Below, one piece after another: positions 42,438-52,364 of a stretch of DNA of 64,000 bases. The DNA lies in NCBI GenBank assembly GCA_947472995.1, contig CANJBO010000001.1:204361-268360 (forward strand), read 5' to 3'. The DNA comes from Chloroflexota bacterium (GTDB lineage: Bacteria; Chloroflexota; Dehalococcoidia; UBA2979). Position 1 is the first letter of the stretch. Every line of letters begins with the position of its first letter. Below the pieces are notes generated by a model. That model worked only from the letters and a program-made list of their open reading frames with translations. It ran no database searches and was not told the DNA's origin. Position numbers and translations under genes: made by a program.

Positions 42438-43907
42438 CTAGCAGGCGGGGCCGGTGAGGATCTCCGGCGACGTGCGGCGGTCGGCGATCAGGCGGCCGTC
42501 GGTCAGGGCGCCAAGCAGCTGCCCGTCCTGCACGATGATCTTGCCGCGCAGGATCGTGGTCGTCGGCCACGCGTGGATGTCCCAGCCCTCCCACACGCTG
42601 TGGTCCACGCCGTGCAGGTCCTCCAGGCCGAGCGGCTTCCGCACGGTCGGGTCGAGCAGCACGATGTCCGCGTCGCTGCCCGGCGCGATCGCACCCTTCC
42701 GCGGGTACATGCCGAGGATCTTCGCGGCGTTCGATGACGTGACGTCGACGAACCGGCGGAGCGACATGCCGCGCTTCACGACGCCCTCGGTGTAGGTGAT
42801 CGCTACGCGCTCCTCGACGCCGGGGTTGCCGCCGACGGTGTCCTCGATCGTGTGACCGCCGAGCTTGAGGTCGCGCGCGCAGAGGATCGCGTCCGTGGCG
42901 ACGGTCTGGATCGTGCCGTTGATCAGGCCCTGCCAGAGCGCCTCGTTGTCGTCCTCGTACTTCAGCGAGGGGTACGTGTGGTAGAGCGGGCCGTCCTCCG
43001 TGTCGTACACCGACGCGGGGAACGTCGCGTAGTGGTGCAGCGTCTCGGCGAAGACCGGCAGGCCCTTGCTGCGCGCCTCGGCGATCGCCTGCACGCCCTC
43101 CTTCGCGCTGACGTGCATCAGGTAGATCGCGGCGCCCGTCACCTCGGCGAGGCGGATGACGCGGCGGAACGAGAGGTCCTCCGACAGCGCGGGGTGCGCC
43201 GTCGGCAGGAACCGCGTGTGCGTCTTGCCCTGCTCGTGCAGCACGCGGCTCATGTACATGACGATGTCCTCGTCCTCCGCGTGGACCGCGAGCATGCCGC
43301 CGTGCGCGACGATCTGCTCCATCATCCCGAACACGGCACCGAAGTCCGTCATCTGCCGGGCGCGCGTCGAGGTGGTGTTGGTCGTCCACACCTTGAACGA
43401 GCTGAAGCCCGCCTCGATCACCCCGCCGATCTGCGTGATCAGGTCGAGCGGAATCGGGATCGGCTGCTCGCGCGTCGCGCCCTCGGTGCCCATGCCGACG
43501 AGGACCGTGTGGAACGAGTAGTCGGTGTACGAGTTGCCGCGGAAGATCTCGTCGCGGTTGCCGATCGCGTCGATCAGCGCGCCGCCCGGCCGCCAGTTCG
43601 CGAAGTCGACCACGGTCGTCGTGCCGCCGAAGGCGCACGCCTTCGAGATCTCATCCGGCCCGGCCGCGCGATGACCGGCCTCGAGCGCCCACGGGTAGAC
43701 GAACTTGAACGCCGCGTGCGCGTGCGGCTCGATGCCGCCGGGGATGACGATCTTGCCGGTGGCGTCGAGGATCCGCGCGCCCGCGTCCGGCAGCGCGCCC
43801 GGCTCCGCGATCGCGGCGATGCGCTCGCCCTGCACGCCGATGTCCCAGTGGCCGACGCCCCACGGCGTCACGACCTGCCCACCTCGGATGATCATGTCCA
43901 GCGCCAC
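42438..43907 (-). CDS. Dihydropyrimidinase/D-hydantoinase family cyclic amidohydrolase
   Basis: AGGAGG lies 5 nt upstream of GTG 43907. Contains IIRGGQVVTP, IPGGIEPHAH (HxH), SSFKVW (carbamyl-Lys position), AVHAED and SDADIVLLDP. Confidence 0.9.
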   Translation of the reverse strand: MALDMIIRGGQVVTPWGVGHWDIGVQGERIAAIAEPGALPDAGARILDATGKIVIPGGIEPHAHAAFKFVYPWALEAGHRAAGPDEISKACAFGGTTTVVDFANWRPGGALIDAIGNRDEIFRGNSYTDYSFHTVLVGMGTEGATREQPIPIPLDLITQIGGVIEAGFSSFKVWTTNTTSTRARQMTDFGAVFGMMEQIVAHGGMLAVHAEDEDIVMYMSRVLHEQGKTHTRFLPTAHPALSEDLSFRRVIRLAEVTGAAIYLMHVSAKEGVQAIAEARSKGLPVFAETLHHYATFPASVYDTEDGPLYHTYPSLKYEDDNEALWQGLINGTIQTVATDAILCARDLKLGGHTIEDTVGGNPGVEERVAITYTEGVVKRGMSLRRFVDVTSSNAAKILGMYPRKGAIAPGSDADIVLLDPTVRKPLGLEDLHGVDHSVWEGWDIHAWPTTTILRGKIIVQDGQLLGALTDGRLIADRRTSPEILTGPAC

Positions 43908-43992
43908 GGAGACCTCCTGCTGCGCTCGTCGCCACGCGTCGCGGTGACAGTACCGCACGGTCGCGATCCTCGGCGCGGCAGGCGACGAGGGG

Positions 43993-44958
43993 CTAGGAGC
44001 GGAGGCGCGGCGGCAGGTGCTCGCGCGGGATGCGGAGCGCCATCGATCCGGCCACGGTGACGACGTCGTAGCGGCCGACCATGCCGATCAGCAGGTGCGC
44101 CTCCCACGCCGGCATCCCGTAGTCCGCGCCCAGCCAGTGCACCATGTCCGTCGTCGCCATCTGCAGCGCGCGGTCGAGGTCGCTCACGAACTCCGGCTGG
44201 CTCCCGATCGAGGCGATGACATCCGCCGTCTCGACCCGCGGGCCGGGCGGGGCCGCGCCCCGGCGCACCTCGACGGTGAACTCGAGGTCGAGGGTGGTCT
44301 CGACGGCTGTGCCGAGCGGCTCGCCGTCCGCCTGGAGCGCATGCCCGTCGCCGACGTAGAGGTACGCGCCGGGGTGGTAGACCGGCAGCACGATCGTCGC
44401 ACCCTCGCCGACGAGGTTGTAGTCGACGTTCCCGCCGTACGCGCCCGACGGGAGCGAGGTCGGCACGAAACCGCCGGCCGGCGCGACGCCGAAGCAGCCG
44501 ACCATCGTGCTGATCGGAAACTCGAGCCGCGACACCTCGGCCACCGGCTCGCGCAGCCGCACGAGGCCCGCCGCCCGGTCGATGTCCCACGGGATGATGT
44601 CGGCGCGGCCCGGGCGGATCACATCCTGCCGGTAGAAATTCGAGTAGATGCCCTCGACGGCCTCGGGGAGCAGCCCGACGAGGCGCAGGCGGTTCGCGCT
44701 GAAGCCCCAGTCGCGGTTGCAGCGCACGCGGTCGAACCGCACGAGGAGCGCGTCCCCCGGCTCGGCGCCCTCGATGTAGAACGGCCCGGTGAGCGGGTTC
44801 GCGGGGTCGGACCGGCGCACGTCGTGCTCGTCCTGCCCGCCCGCGTCGAGCGTCCTCGTCCGCACCGTGTCGCCGGCGGCGATCCGCGCGAGCACCGGGT
44901 TGGTCGCGGAGAACGTGCGGTAGAACGTCTCGGCGAAGACCTCGTGCGTGGTGCCCAT
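43993..44958 (-). CDS. Acetamidase/formamidase family protein
   Basis: Contains NPVLARIAAGDTVRTRTLDA, NPLTGPFYIEGAEPGDALLVR, GGNVDYN and VYHPGAYLYVGDGHALQADGE. ATG 44958 is preceded by GGAGAGG. Confidence 0.9.
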   Translation of the reverse strand: MGTTHEVFAETFYRTFSATNPVLARIAAGDTVRTRTLDAGGQDEHDVRRSDPANPLTGPFYIEGAEPGDALLVRFDRVRCNRDWGFSANRLRLVGLLPEAVEGIYSNFYRQDVIRPGRADIIPWDIDRAAGLVRLREPVAEVSRLEFPISTMVGCFGVAPAGGFVPTSLPSGAYGGNVDYNLVGEGATIVLPVYHPGAYLYVGDGHALQADGEPLGTAVETTLDLEFTVEVRRGAAPPGPRVETADVIASIGSQPEFVSDLDRALQMATTDMVHWLGADYGMPAWEAHLLIGMVGRYDVVTVAGSMALRIPREHLPPRLRS

Positions 44959-45101
44959 CGCCATCCTCTCCACGCTCGCGAGCGGGGCCGCATGCTACCA
45001 CTGCGCAGTCGCGCTGAATCATGGCCGACACCGGCGAGAAACAACGTACGTGGTACGCTCCCGCCGCACCAGCGACCTCGGCAGCGACGGTGGGAGGCCA
45101 C

Positions 45102-46478
45102 GTGGACGCCATCATCAGCAACGCGCTCGTGATCACGCAGGACGCCGAGCGGCGCATCATCCCCGACGGCGCCGTCGCGATCCTCGGCGACTCGATCGCG
45201 CAGGTCGGGACGACCGGCGAGGTGCGCGCCGCGCACCCCACGCTCGCGACGGTCGATGCACGCGGCAAGGCCGTGCTGCCGGGCTTCGTCAACGCACACA
45301 CGCACAACGTCCTGCTCGTGCTGCGCGGGACCGTCGAGGACATGACGGGCGGCGCCGTGTACGGCTACATGTCGCCGATCACCTTCGCGATGGAGCCGGA
45401 GGAGCGCTCCGCGATCGCCGCGCTCGGGTGCCTCGAGGCGATCCGGTCCGGCACGACCACGCTCGTCGACCCGCTGCGGCACGTCGCGACGTACGCGCAG
45501 GCGATGGCCGACTCCGGGCTGCGGCTGTACCTGAGCGAGAGCTGCGCCGACGCGCGCACGCTGGAGATCCGCCACGGCACGTACGAGTACGACCGCGCCT
45601 GGGGCGAGGCGTTCCTCGACCGCGCGCGCGCACTGCTGGAGGGCTTCCACGGCAACGACAACGGGCGCGTGCAGTGCATGGTCGCCGCGCACGCCGCGGA
45701 CAACTGCTCGCCGTGGATGCTGGACGAGCTGCGCGAGCTGGCCGAGCGCCACGGCGTGCGGCGCACCGTGCACCTCGCGCAGAGCCAGGCCGAGGTCGAC
45801 CAGGTGCAGGCTGCACACGGACGCACCCCTGCGCAGTACCTCGACGATCACGGCTGGGCGGCGCCCGACGTGCTGGGCGCGCACTGGAGCTTCTGCACGC
45901 CCGAGGACGTCGACCTGCTCGCCTCCCGCGGCACGCACATGGCGCACTGCCCGCACAGCGGGTCGCGTCGAGGCACCCCGCGCTCCCCCGTCACGAAGAT
46001 CCGCGAGGCGGGCGTGAACATCTCGCTGGGCACCGACAACATGTCGGAGGACATGCTCGCCGCGCTGCACAGCGGCATCAGCGCGCACCGCGCGAACCTC
46101 GGCGGGGGCGTGTCGCCGACGCCGCAGGTGATGTTCGACGCCGCGACCCGGAACGGCGCGGCAGCGATCGGCCGGGAGCACGACCTCGGCAGCATCGAGG
46201 CGGGCAAGAAGGCCGACCTCGCGCTGATCAACCTCAACCACCCGAGCATGCGGCCGATCTCGAGCATCGTGTCGAACATCGTGCACTACGGGCACCCGGG
46301 GATCGTGGACTCGGTGATGGTGGACGGGCGCTTCCTGATGCAGGGCGGCACGATCCTCGGCATGGACGAGGAGGCGGTCGTCGCCGAGGCGCAGCGTGCC
46401 GTCGACGCCGTCTGGGCGCGCTTCGGGCAGCAGTTCCCCGACATCGCCCCGCGCGTCGGGGTCACACCGGGCGTCTGA
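45102..46478 (+). CDS. Amidohydrolase (chlorohydrolase/deaminase, SsnA/TRZ-ATZ-like)
   Basis: GGGAGG lies 4 nt upstream of GTG 45102. Contains AVLPGFVNAHTHN, VHLAQS, AHWSFC and LGTDN. ATG 45021 is an alternative start. Confidence 0.88.
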   Translation: MDAIISNALVITQDAERRIIPDGAVAILGDSIAQVGTTGEVRAAHPTLATVDARGKAVLPGFVNAHTHNVLLVLRGTVEDMTGGAVYGYMSPITFAMEPEERSAIAALGCLEAIRSGTTTLVDPLRHVATYAQAMADSGLRLYLSESCADARTLEIRHGTYEYDRAWGEAFLDRARALLEGFHGNDNGRVQCMVAAHAADNCSPWMLDELRELAERHGVRRTVHLAQSQAEVDQVQAAHGRTPAQYLDDHGWAAPDVLGAHWSFCTPEDVDLLASRGTHMAHCPHSGSRRGTPRSPVTKIREAGVNISLGTDNMSEDMLAALHSGISAHRANLGGGVSPTPQVMFDAATRNGAAAIGREHDLGSIEAGKKADLALINLNHPSMRPISSIVSNIVHYGHPGIVDSVMVDGRFLMQGGTILGMDEEAVVAEAQRAVDAVWARFGQQFPDIAPRVGVTPGV

Positions 46479-46539
46479 CGGCGCGGGCGGCCTCGCGTAC
46501 CGTGGCGTCCACCCGAGACCGCAGCAGTAAGACGGCGAC

Positions 46540-47817
46540 GTGAACGAACACCAGGACGACCAGGCGGTCGCCGAGGTCCTCGCGGCCGATCCGGAGGCGA
46601 TCACCGCCGGGCCGGGGCGCGCGACCGACCTCTTCCGCTTCCCCGCCTTCCGGCGCCTGTGGATCGGCACGCTGATCTCGTCGTTCGGGCAGCTCAGCGA
46701 GCGGCTCGCGGTGAGTTGGTTCGTGTTCGAGGCGACCGGCTCCGCGCTGCTCACCGGCCTCGTCGCGACGGCGCAGTACGCCCAGAACATCGTCTTCGGG
46801 CCGATCGCCGGCGCCGTCTCCGATCGCTACCCCCGCAACCGGATCATCGCGGTCGCGATGGCGGCGAAGGTCGGCGCGGTGCTGGCGATCGCGATCCTCG
46901 TGCGCAGCGGCTATCCATCGTTCGTCCTGCTGTTCGCGCTGATCACGCTCAGCGCGATCGCCGGCACGTTCAGCGGCGCGTCATCGCTCCAGACGCTCGC
47001 CGGCGACCTCGTCGGCCCGTCGAGGCGCGCGCGGGCGGTGAGCGTGATGTGGGGCGGCCAGCGCGCGATCGGCGCCATCGGTGCAATCACCAGCGGCTTC
47101 CTGATCGCGTGGGCGGGCGTGGCGGCCAGCGTGTTCTTGAGCGCCTCGATGCTCACGATCGCCGCGATCGTCTACCTCGGCGTCGCGGATCCGCGGAAGC
47201 GACCGCCCGCCGGCCGTCACTCGCTGGTGGCCGACACCGTCGAGGGCCTGCGCATGGTGCGCCATGAGCCGATGCTCGCGACGCTGCTGGGGCTTGCGGC
47301 GGCGGCGGAGATCTTCGGCTTCTCGTACACCTCGCTGCTCCCGGCGCTCGCCGAGCGGGTGCTGCACGTCGGCGCGGTGGGGTTCGGGACGCTGTCGGCG
47401 GTCGCGTCGGTGGGGGCGGTGATCGCGACGATCGCGCTGGCGGGGGCCGGCGAGCGCGTGCGCCACGGCCTGCTGCTCATCCTCGTGTTCGCCGCGTTCG
47501 GGTCGCTGCTCATCGCCCTCGGCGGCACGCAGGTCTACCTGCTGGCGGTCGCCATCGCGCTCGGCCTCGGCGCCTGCACGGCGCTGGTCGACACGCTCGA
47601 GGTGATCATGGTGCAGTCGACCGTCGATGACCGCCGCCGCGGGCGCGCGCTCGGCGCGTGGAACGCGGCGTTCGGGCTGGGCTGGGTCGGCCCGATCATC
47701 CTCGGCGCGATCGCCGACACGCTCGGCCTCTCGACGGCGCTGACGTTCGCGGGCGGCGTGCTGCTGGCGATCGCCGCGGTCACGGCGATCCGGGCGCCTC
47801 GACTCCGCCGCGGCTAG
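46540..47817 (+). CDS. MFS transporter
   Basis: FPAFRRLWIGTLISSFGQ is followed by GAVSDRYPRNRI, with 12 TM helices. Confidence 0.9.
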   Translation: MNEHQDDQAVAEVLAADPEAITAGPGRATDLFRFPAFRRLWIGTLISSFGQLSERLAVSWFVFEATGSALLTGLVATAQYAQNIVFGPIAGAVSDRYPRNRIIAVAMAAKVGAVLAIAILVRSGYPSFVLLFALITLSAIAGTFSGASSLQTLAGDLVGPSRRARAVSVMWGGQRAIGAIGAITSGFLIAWAGVAASVFLSASMLTIAAIVYLGVADPRKRPPAGRHSLVADTVEGLRMVRHEPMLATLLGLAAAAEIFGFSYTSLLPALAERVLHVGAVGFGTLSAVASVGAVIATIALAGAGERVRHGLLLILVFAAFGSLLIALGGTQVYLLAVAIALGLGACTALVDTLEVIMVQSTVDDRRRGRALGAWNAAFGLGWVGPIILGAIADTLGLSTALTFAGGVLLAIAAVTAIRAPRLRRG

Positions 47818-48242
47818 GCGGGCGGGGCGGCCGGCGGCTGGGTGGGCGGCTGGCGCTTCTCGCCGAGGTGGATCAGCGCGCCGCCCGCCGAGGCGGGGTG
47901 GATCACCCGCAGCCCGCCGTACGGCGCGGGCATCCGCACGCCGCGCGCGCGCATCTCCTCGGCGGTCTGCTCGAGGTCGGTGACGCCGAGGCTGAACAGG
48001 TAGATGCCGTCGCCGTGCTTCTCGAGGTGACGCGCCCACGGGCTGCCCTCGTGCGTCGACGCGACGATGTTGATGCTCTGGCCGCGCCCCACGTCGAACC
48101 GCGCGAGCTTGAAGCCGCGCTCCGGCGTGTCGTCGCTGATCGTGACGCGGTCGGTGCCGAGGATCGCCTTGTACTGCTCGATGACCGCGTCCCAGTCGCG
48201 GACGAGGATGTCGACGTGGTCGAGCGAGGTGATCACGGACAC
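47814..48242 (-). CDS. VOC (glyoxalase/methylmalonyl-CoA epimerase-like) family protein, paralogue 1
   Basis: Contains LDHVDILVRDWDAVIEQYKAILG...SPWARHLEKHGDGIYLFSLGVTDLEQTAEEMRARGV. It lies 42 nt downstream of putA on the same strand. Confidence 0.85.
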   Translation of the reverse strand: MSVITSLDHVDILVRDWDAVIEQYKAILGTDRVTISDDTPERGFKLARFDVGRGQSINIVASTHEGSPWARHLEKHGDGIYLFSLGVTDLEQTAEEMRARGVRMPAPYGGLRVIHPASAGGALIHLGEKRQPPTQPPAAPPA

Positions 48243-48284
48243 TCCTTCGCGACTGCGGACCAGTGTGGGCGCGAGTGTATCGCG

Positions 48285-51200
48285 TCAGGCGTCCTCGCCG
48301 GCTGCGTCGGCCGAGGCGGGTGCGAACGGCAGGTTCGCACCGTGACGCAGCGTGCGCGACGCGACGACACGCGGCCACGCGAAGCGCGCCACGAACCCCG
48401 TCTCGCGCGGCTGCGGACTGTCGAGGGGCGAGAGCAGCGCGCGCAGCGCGACCTGCCGCTCGTGCGTGACGCCAGTCGCAGCCGCCAGCGCACGGAACGG
48501 GCCGTGATCGCACGCGACGAACGCCACCGCGCCCTCGCCCGCCAGCGCGACGAGGCGGGACACATCACCCTCGACGGCGCGCAGCACCTCGCGCGGGACG
48601 CCGGCCTCGTGCAGCGCGCGCACCGTCGCGGCGAGCGCGGGCGATCCGAGGAGCGCGACGGCGTTCCCCGCGAGCAGCGGCGCGAGCAGCCACCACAGCG
48701 CGTCCGGTCCGGTCGCGCGCACCACGCCGAGGCCGCGCGGCACCTCGTACCGCATCTGCGTCTCCTGCCCGGCGACCTGCACCGTCGGCCACGGGCGCGC
48801 GATCTCCACCTCGGCCTGCGTCGCGACCTCGAGCAGCACGCGCGCGATCTCCGGCGACGTCGCCGTGAGCGCGAGCGCCGCGCGCTCGACCGCCGCGATG
48901 CGCGCCGTGACGGGAGCGTCCCACCTCGCCGGCCCGTCGAGGCCCTCGACCGAACCCACACCGCCGGCAGGCGGCGCGTCGTCCTCGAACGGCGCGTCGA
49001 GGCGGTCGTAGAACGCCCAGAGGTAGTCGGGGCCGCCGGCCTTCGGGCCGGTACCGGAGAAGCGCATGCCGCCGAACGGCTCGATGCCGGGACGCGCGCC
49101 CGTGGAGCGCCGGTTCACGTACACGTGTCCCGCCTCGATCGCGCGGCTGACGCGCTCGATCCGTCGAGGGCTGCGCGAGAACAGCGCGGAGGTGAGCGCG
49201 TACCCGGTCCCGTTCGCGATGCGCAGCGCATCGGCCTCGTTCTCTACGGGGATCACGGCGAGGATCGGTCCGAACAGCTCCTCCGTCGCCGTGCGCGCCG
49301 TGAGTGCGTGCGCCGCGTCGATCTCCACGATCAGCGGGCCGTGCACGATCGTCCCGGCGGGCGCCTCGAACCGATCGAGGAGCACGCGTCCCTCGCTCCG
49401 CGCGACGTTCGCCGCCTCGCGCAGCCGCTCCGACGCACGGCGGTCGATGATCGGGTTGACCTCGGTCGCAGGATCCTCGGCGGCGCCGCAGACGAGCGAC
49501 GAGGCGGCATCGACCAGCCGCGCGGTGAACCGCTCCGCGATCGAGCGCGCGACGATCACGCGCGAGATCGCGGAGCACTTCTGGTTGGCGTGCCCGAACG
49601 CCGAGGCGATGACCTCCGTCACGGCCTCGTCGAGGTCGGCGTCGTCGAAGACCAGTGCCGGGTTCTTGCCGCCCATCTCCGCGATCACGGAGCGCGGTCG
49701 CCGTGCCTCGGTCGCCCCGCGCAGCACCGTCTCGCGGATCGCCGTGCCGACCGCGCGCGACCCGGTGAACGCGACCAGCGCGACACGCGGGTCGTCCACC
49801 AGCGCCTGTCCCGCGTCGCGGCCGTCGCCCGGCAGGCACTGCAGGACGTCCGGCGGCACGCCTGCCTCGTGCAGCAGCGCGACGAGCATCGAGGCGACGA
49901 GCGGCGTCTGCCCGGCGGGCTTCAGCACCACCGCATTGCCCGCCGCCAGCGCCGCCGAGGCCATCCCGCAGGGGATCGACAGCGAGAAGTTCCACGGCGG
50001 GATCACCGCCACCACCCCGCGCGGCGCGATGCGCCCCCCGGCCGCCGAGGCGTACCGCTCCGCGTCCGTCGCGTAGCAGCGCAGGAAGTCGACGGCCTCC
50101 TCCACCTCGCCCCACGCGCCGGCGCGGTCGCGCCCGCCCTCGCGCACGATCGTCGCGGCGAACTCGTGGCCGCGCGCGAGGAGCAGGTCGGCGGCGCGCC
50201 GCAGCAGCGAGGCGCGCGCGGCGGCGCTCGTCGCACCCCATGCGGGCTGCGCGGCGCGAGCGCGCTCGACGGCGGCACCCGCACTACGCGCGCCCGCGAA
50301 CTCGACGATCGCCACGGGCGGGCCATCCGGAGCGGAGGGGCTGTGCACCTCGACGGTGCGATCGGCCTCGACGCCCTCGGGCAGCGCGACGCGCGACGGG
50401 GGCGCGGCAAGCCTCGACGCGAGCGCGACGTCGAAGGCGGCGCGGAACGCGGGGTCGAACCACCGCGCACCCGGCGCGCGTTCGAAGGGCGCACCGTCCG
50501 GGGCGATCGAGGCGACGTCGGGCGTGTCCTCCGGCGGCGCGAGCAGCTGCGCGGCGGTCGCGTGCTGGCGGCTGCGCATCAGGAAGCCCGCCTGCGAGGA
50601 GTTCTCGAGAATGCGCCGCACGAGGTAGGCCATCCCCGGCAGCAGCTCGCCGACCGGCACGTAGTCGCGCGCCACCCAGCCCTGGAGCGCGAGCGCGCGG
50701 CTCATCGCCTCGGACGTGCGGTGCAGCGTCTGGTGCTCGATCGCGGACACCGGCAGCCCGCGCGCCTCGGCCAGCGCACGGGCGCGCGCGTGGGTGCGTG
50801 GGTTGTGGCTCGCGACGGCGAGGCGCACGGCCTCCGAGGCGTCGAGGAGCCGTGCCACGCACGCGTCGAACGACCGGTCGGTCGCCGCCTTCACCTGGAA
50901 CACCGGCGGCGGCCAGCGGTTCGCCGCGGCGACGGCCGTCTCGTAGTCCCAGTACGCGCCCTTCACCAGCCGCACCTGGAACGGCGTCCCCCGCTCGCGC
51001 GCGAAGGCGATCACGCGCTGCACGTGCGCCTCGGCGTCGCGCAGGTAGGCCTGCACCACGACGCCGGCGTCCGGCCAGTCCGCGAGCGACGTGCCCGCGC
51101 CGAACGCCGCGGTGAACGCGGTCCACACGAGGTCGCGCGTGTCGTACTGCTCGGCGTCGACCGCGAGGCCCACGCCCGCCGCCCGCGCCGCCTCGGCGAT

Positions 51201-51863
51201 GCGCACCAGTCGAGGCAGCACGCGCGCGACCGAGCCCTCCGGATCGACGGCGGAGAAGTGGTGCGTGAGCGACGACAGCTTCACGGACACCTGGAGCGCG
51301 GGTGCGCCGCCGGCCGTGCGCTCGCGTGCAGCGGGTTGCGCCGCGAGCTGCGCGATCAGCGCGAGGTAGCGGCGCTCGTAGGCGTCCGCTTCGCCGGCGC
51401 TCAGCACCGCCTCGCCGAGCAGGTCGAACGAGGCGACCCGGCCCGCCGTCGCCAGCGACGTGAGCAGCCCGGCCACGCCCTCGTCTGCCTCGCGCGTGAT
51501 GAAGCGGCGCGCGAAGACCTCGGCGGCGCGCCGCGCGGTCTGCGCGATCACCGCCGCGGGAATGCGCTCGTCGCGCGCGATGCGCACGAGCCAGCGGAGC
51601 GCGAACGGGATGTGCGGGAAGTCGTCGGCGAAGTACTCGCGGAACAGCGTCCGCACCTCGCCGTCCGTGCCGGGCGCGTCGAACGCGGCGAGGACGTCGA
51701 GGAAGCGCAATAGCCGCGATCGGAACTGCTCGTCGGCGACGGCGTGGGTGAGCAGCCAGTCCTCGACGCGCTCGGCCGGGCCGGGGGCGTGGCGCGCCAT
51801 CTCGCGCAGCAGCGCCGCGCCGATCGCCTGCGTACGGGCCTCGAGGCTGGGTGCGTCCATCAT
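48285..51863 (-). CDS. putA: Bifunctional proline dehydrogenase / L-glutamate-gamma-semialdehyde dehydrogenase
   Basis: 1192 aa. It has a PRODH barrel (VSVKLSSL, VRLVKGAYWDYE), an ALDH domain (FTGSRAVG, EMGGKNPALVFDDADLDEAV, QKCSAISR) and a C-terminal ALDH-like domain. Confidence 0.95.
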   Translation of the reverse strand: MMDAPSLEARTQAIGAALLREMARHAPGPAERVEDWLLTHAVADEQFRSRLLRFLDVLAAFDAPGTDGEVRTLFREYFADDFPHIPFALRWLVRIARDERIPAAVIAQTARRAAEVFARRFITREADEGVAGLLTSLATAGRVASFDLLGEAVLSAGEADAYERRYLALIAQLAAQPAARERTAGGAPALQVSVKLSSLTHHFSAVDPEGSVARVLPRLVRIAEAARAAGVGLAVDAEQYDTRDLVWTAFTAAFGAGTSLADWPDAGVVVQAYLRDAEAHVQRVIAFARERGTPFQVRLVKGAYWDYETAVAAANRWPPPVFQVKAATDRSFDACVARLLDASEAVRLAVASHNPRTHARARALAEARGLPVSAIEHQTLHRTSEAMSRALALQGWVARDYVPVGELLPGMAYLVRRILENSSQAGFLMRSRQHATAAQLLAPPEDTPDVASIAPDGAPFERAPGARWFDPAFRAAFDVALASRLAAPPSRVALPEGVEADRTVEVHSPSAPDGPPVAIVEFAGARSAGAAVERARAAQPAWGATSAAARASLLRRAADLLLARGHEFAATIVREGGRDRAGAWGEVEEAVDFLRCYATDAERYASAAGGRIAPRGVVAVIPPWNFSLSIPCGMASAALAAGNAVVLKPAGQTPLVASMLVALLHEAGVPPDVLQCLPGDGRDAGQALVDDPRVALVAFTGSRAVGTAIRETVLRGATEARRPRSVIAEMGGKNPALVFDDADLDEAVTEVIASAFGHANQKCSAISRVIVARSIAERFTARLVDAASSLVCGAAEDPATEVNPIIDRRASERLREAANVARSEGRVLLDRFEAPAGTIVHGPLIVEIDAAHALTARTATEELFGPILAVIPVENEADALRIANGTGYALTSALFSRSPRRIERVSRAIEAGHVYVNRRSTGARPGIEPFGGMRFSGTGPKAGGPDYLWAFYDRLDAPFEDDAPPAGGVGSVEGLDGPARWDAPVTARIAAVERAALALTATSPEIARVLLEVATQAEVEIARPWPTVQVAGQETQMRYEVPRGLGVVRATGPDALWWLLAPLLAGNAVALLGSPALAATVRALHEAGVPREVLRAVEGDVSRLVALAGEGAVAFVACDHGPFRALAAATGVTHERQVALRALLSPLDSPQPRETGFVARFAWPRVVASRTLRHGANLPFAPASADAAGEDA

Positions 51864-51977
51864 CCCCCCGTCGAGGTGCGCGAAGCGTCACGTCGAGGAT
51901 ACCGCCGCGCGAGGCTCGGATGCGTATGATCGGGATCGGCGCGGGGACACTCGCGCGACAGCAGGCAGGGAGCGCAG

Positions 51978-52364
51978 ATGATCGTCGGGCTGGATCACAT
52001 CACGGTCGCCGTCGCGGACCTCGACGCCGGCGTCGAGCAGTACCGCCAGATTCTCGGCTGCGAGCCTTCGCGCACCCTCGACCGGCCGGAGGAGGGCTTC
52101 CGCGCCGCGCTGTTCGACCTCCCCGACGGCTCGATGATCGAGGTCCTGATGCCGACGACCGAGGACAGCCCGTGGGCGAAGCGCATCGCGCAACGTGGCC
52201 AGGGCATCTACCTCGTCTCGTTCGCCGTGGAGCAGCTCGCGGAGACCGTCGCGGGCATGCAGGCGCGCGGTGTCGCGCTGCGGACGCCGGTGATGGGCAT
52301 CAGCGTGATCAGCCCGAAGGCCGCTGGCGGCGCGCTGCTGTCGCTGACGGAGCGCCGCGCGTGA
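51978..52364 (+). CDS. VOC family protein, paralogue 2 (divergent from putA)
   Basis: Contains LDHITVAVADLDAGVEQYRQILG...SPWAKRIAQRGQGIYLVSFAVEQLAETVAGMQARGV. It is colinear with the 47814-48242 product. Confidence 0.85.
   Translation: MIVGLDHITVAVADLDAGVEQYRQILGCEPSRTLDRPEEGFRAALFDLPDGSMIEVLMPTTEDSPWAKRIAQRGQGIYLVSFAVEQLAETVAGMQARGVALRTPVMGISVISPKAAGGALLSLTERRA

Noticed and set aside
48565-51891. Same-strand off-frame ORFs inside putA (558 aa and 535 aa)
   Set aside because: They are Arg/Gly/Ala-rich with no domains. The putA frame carries all recognisable PRODH and ALDH motifs.
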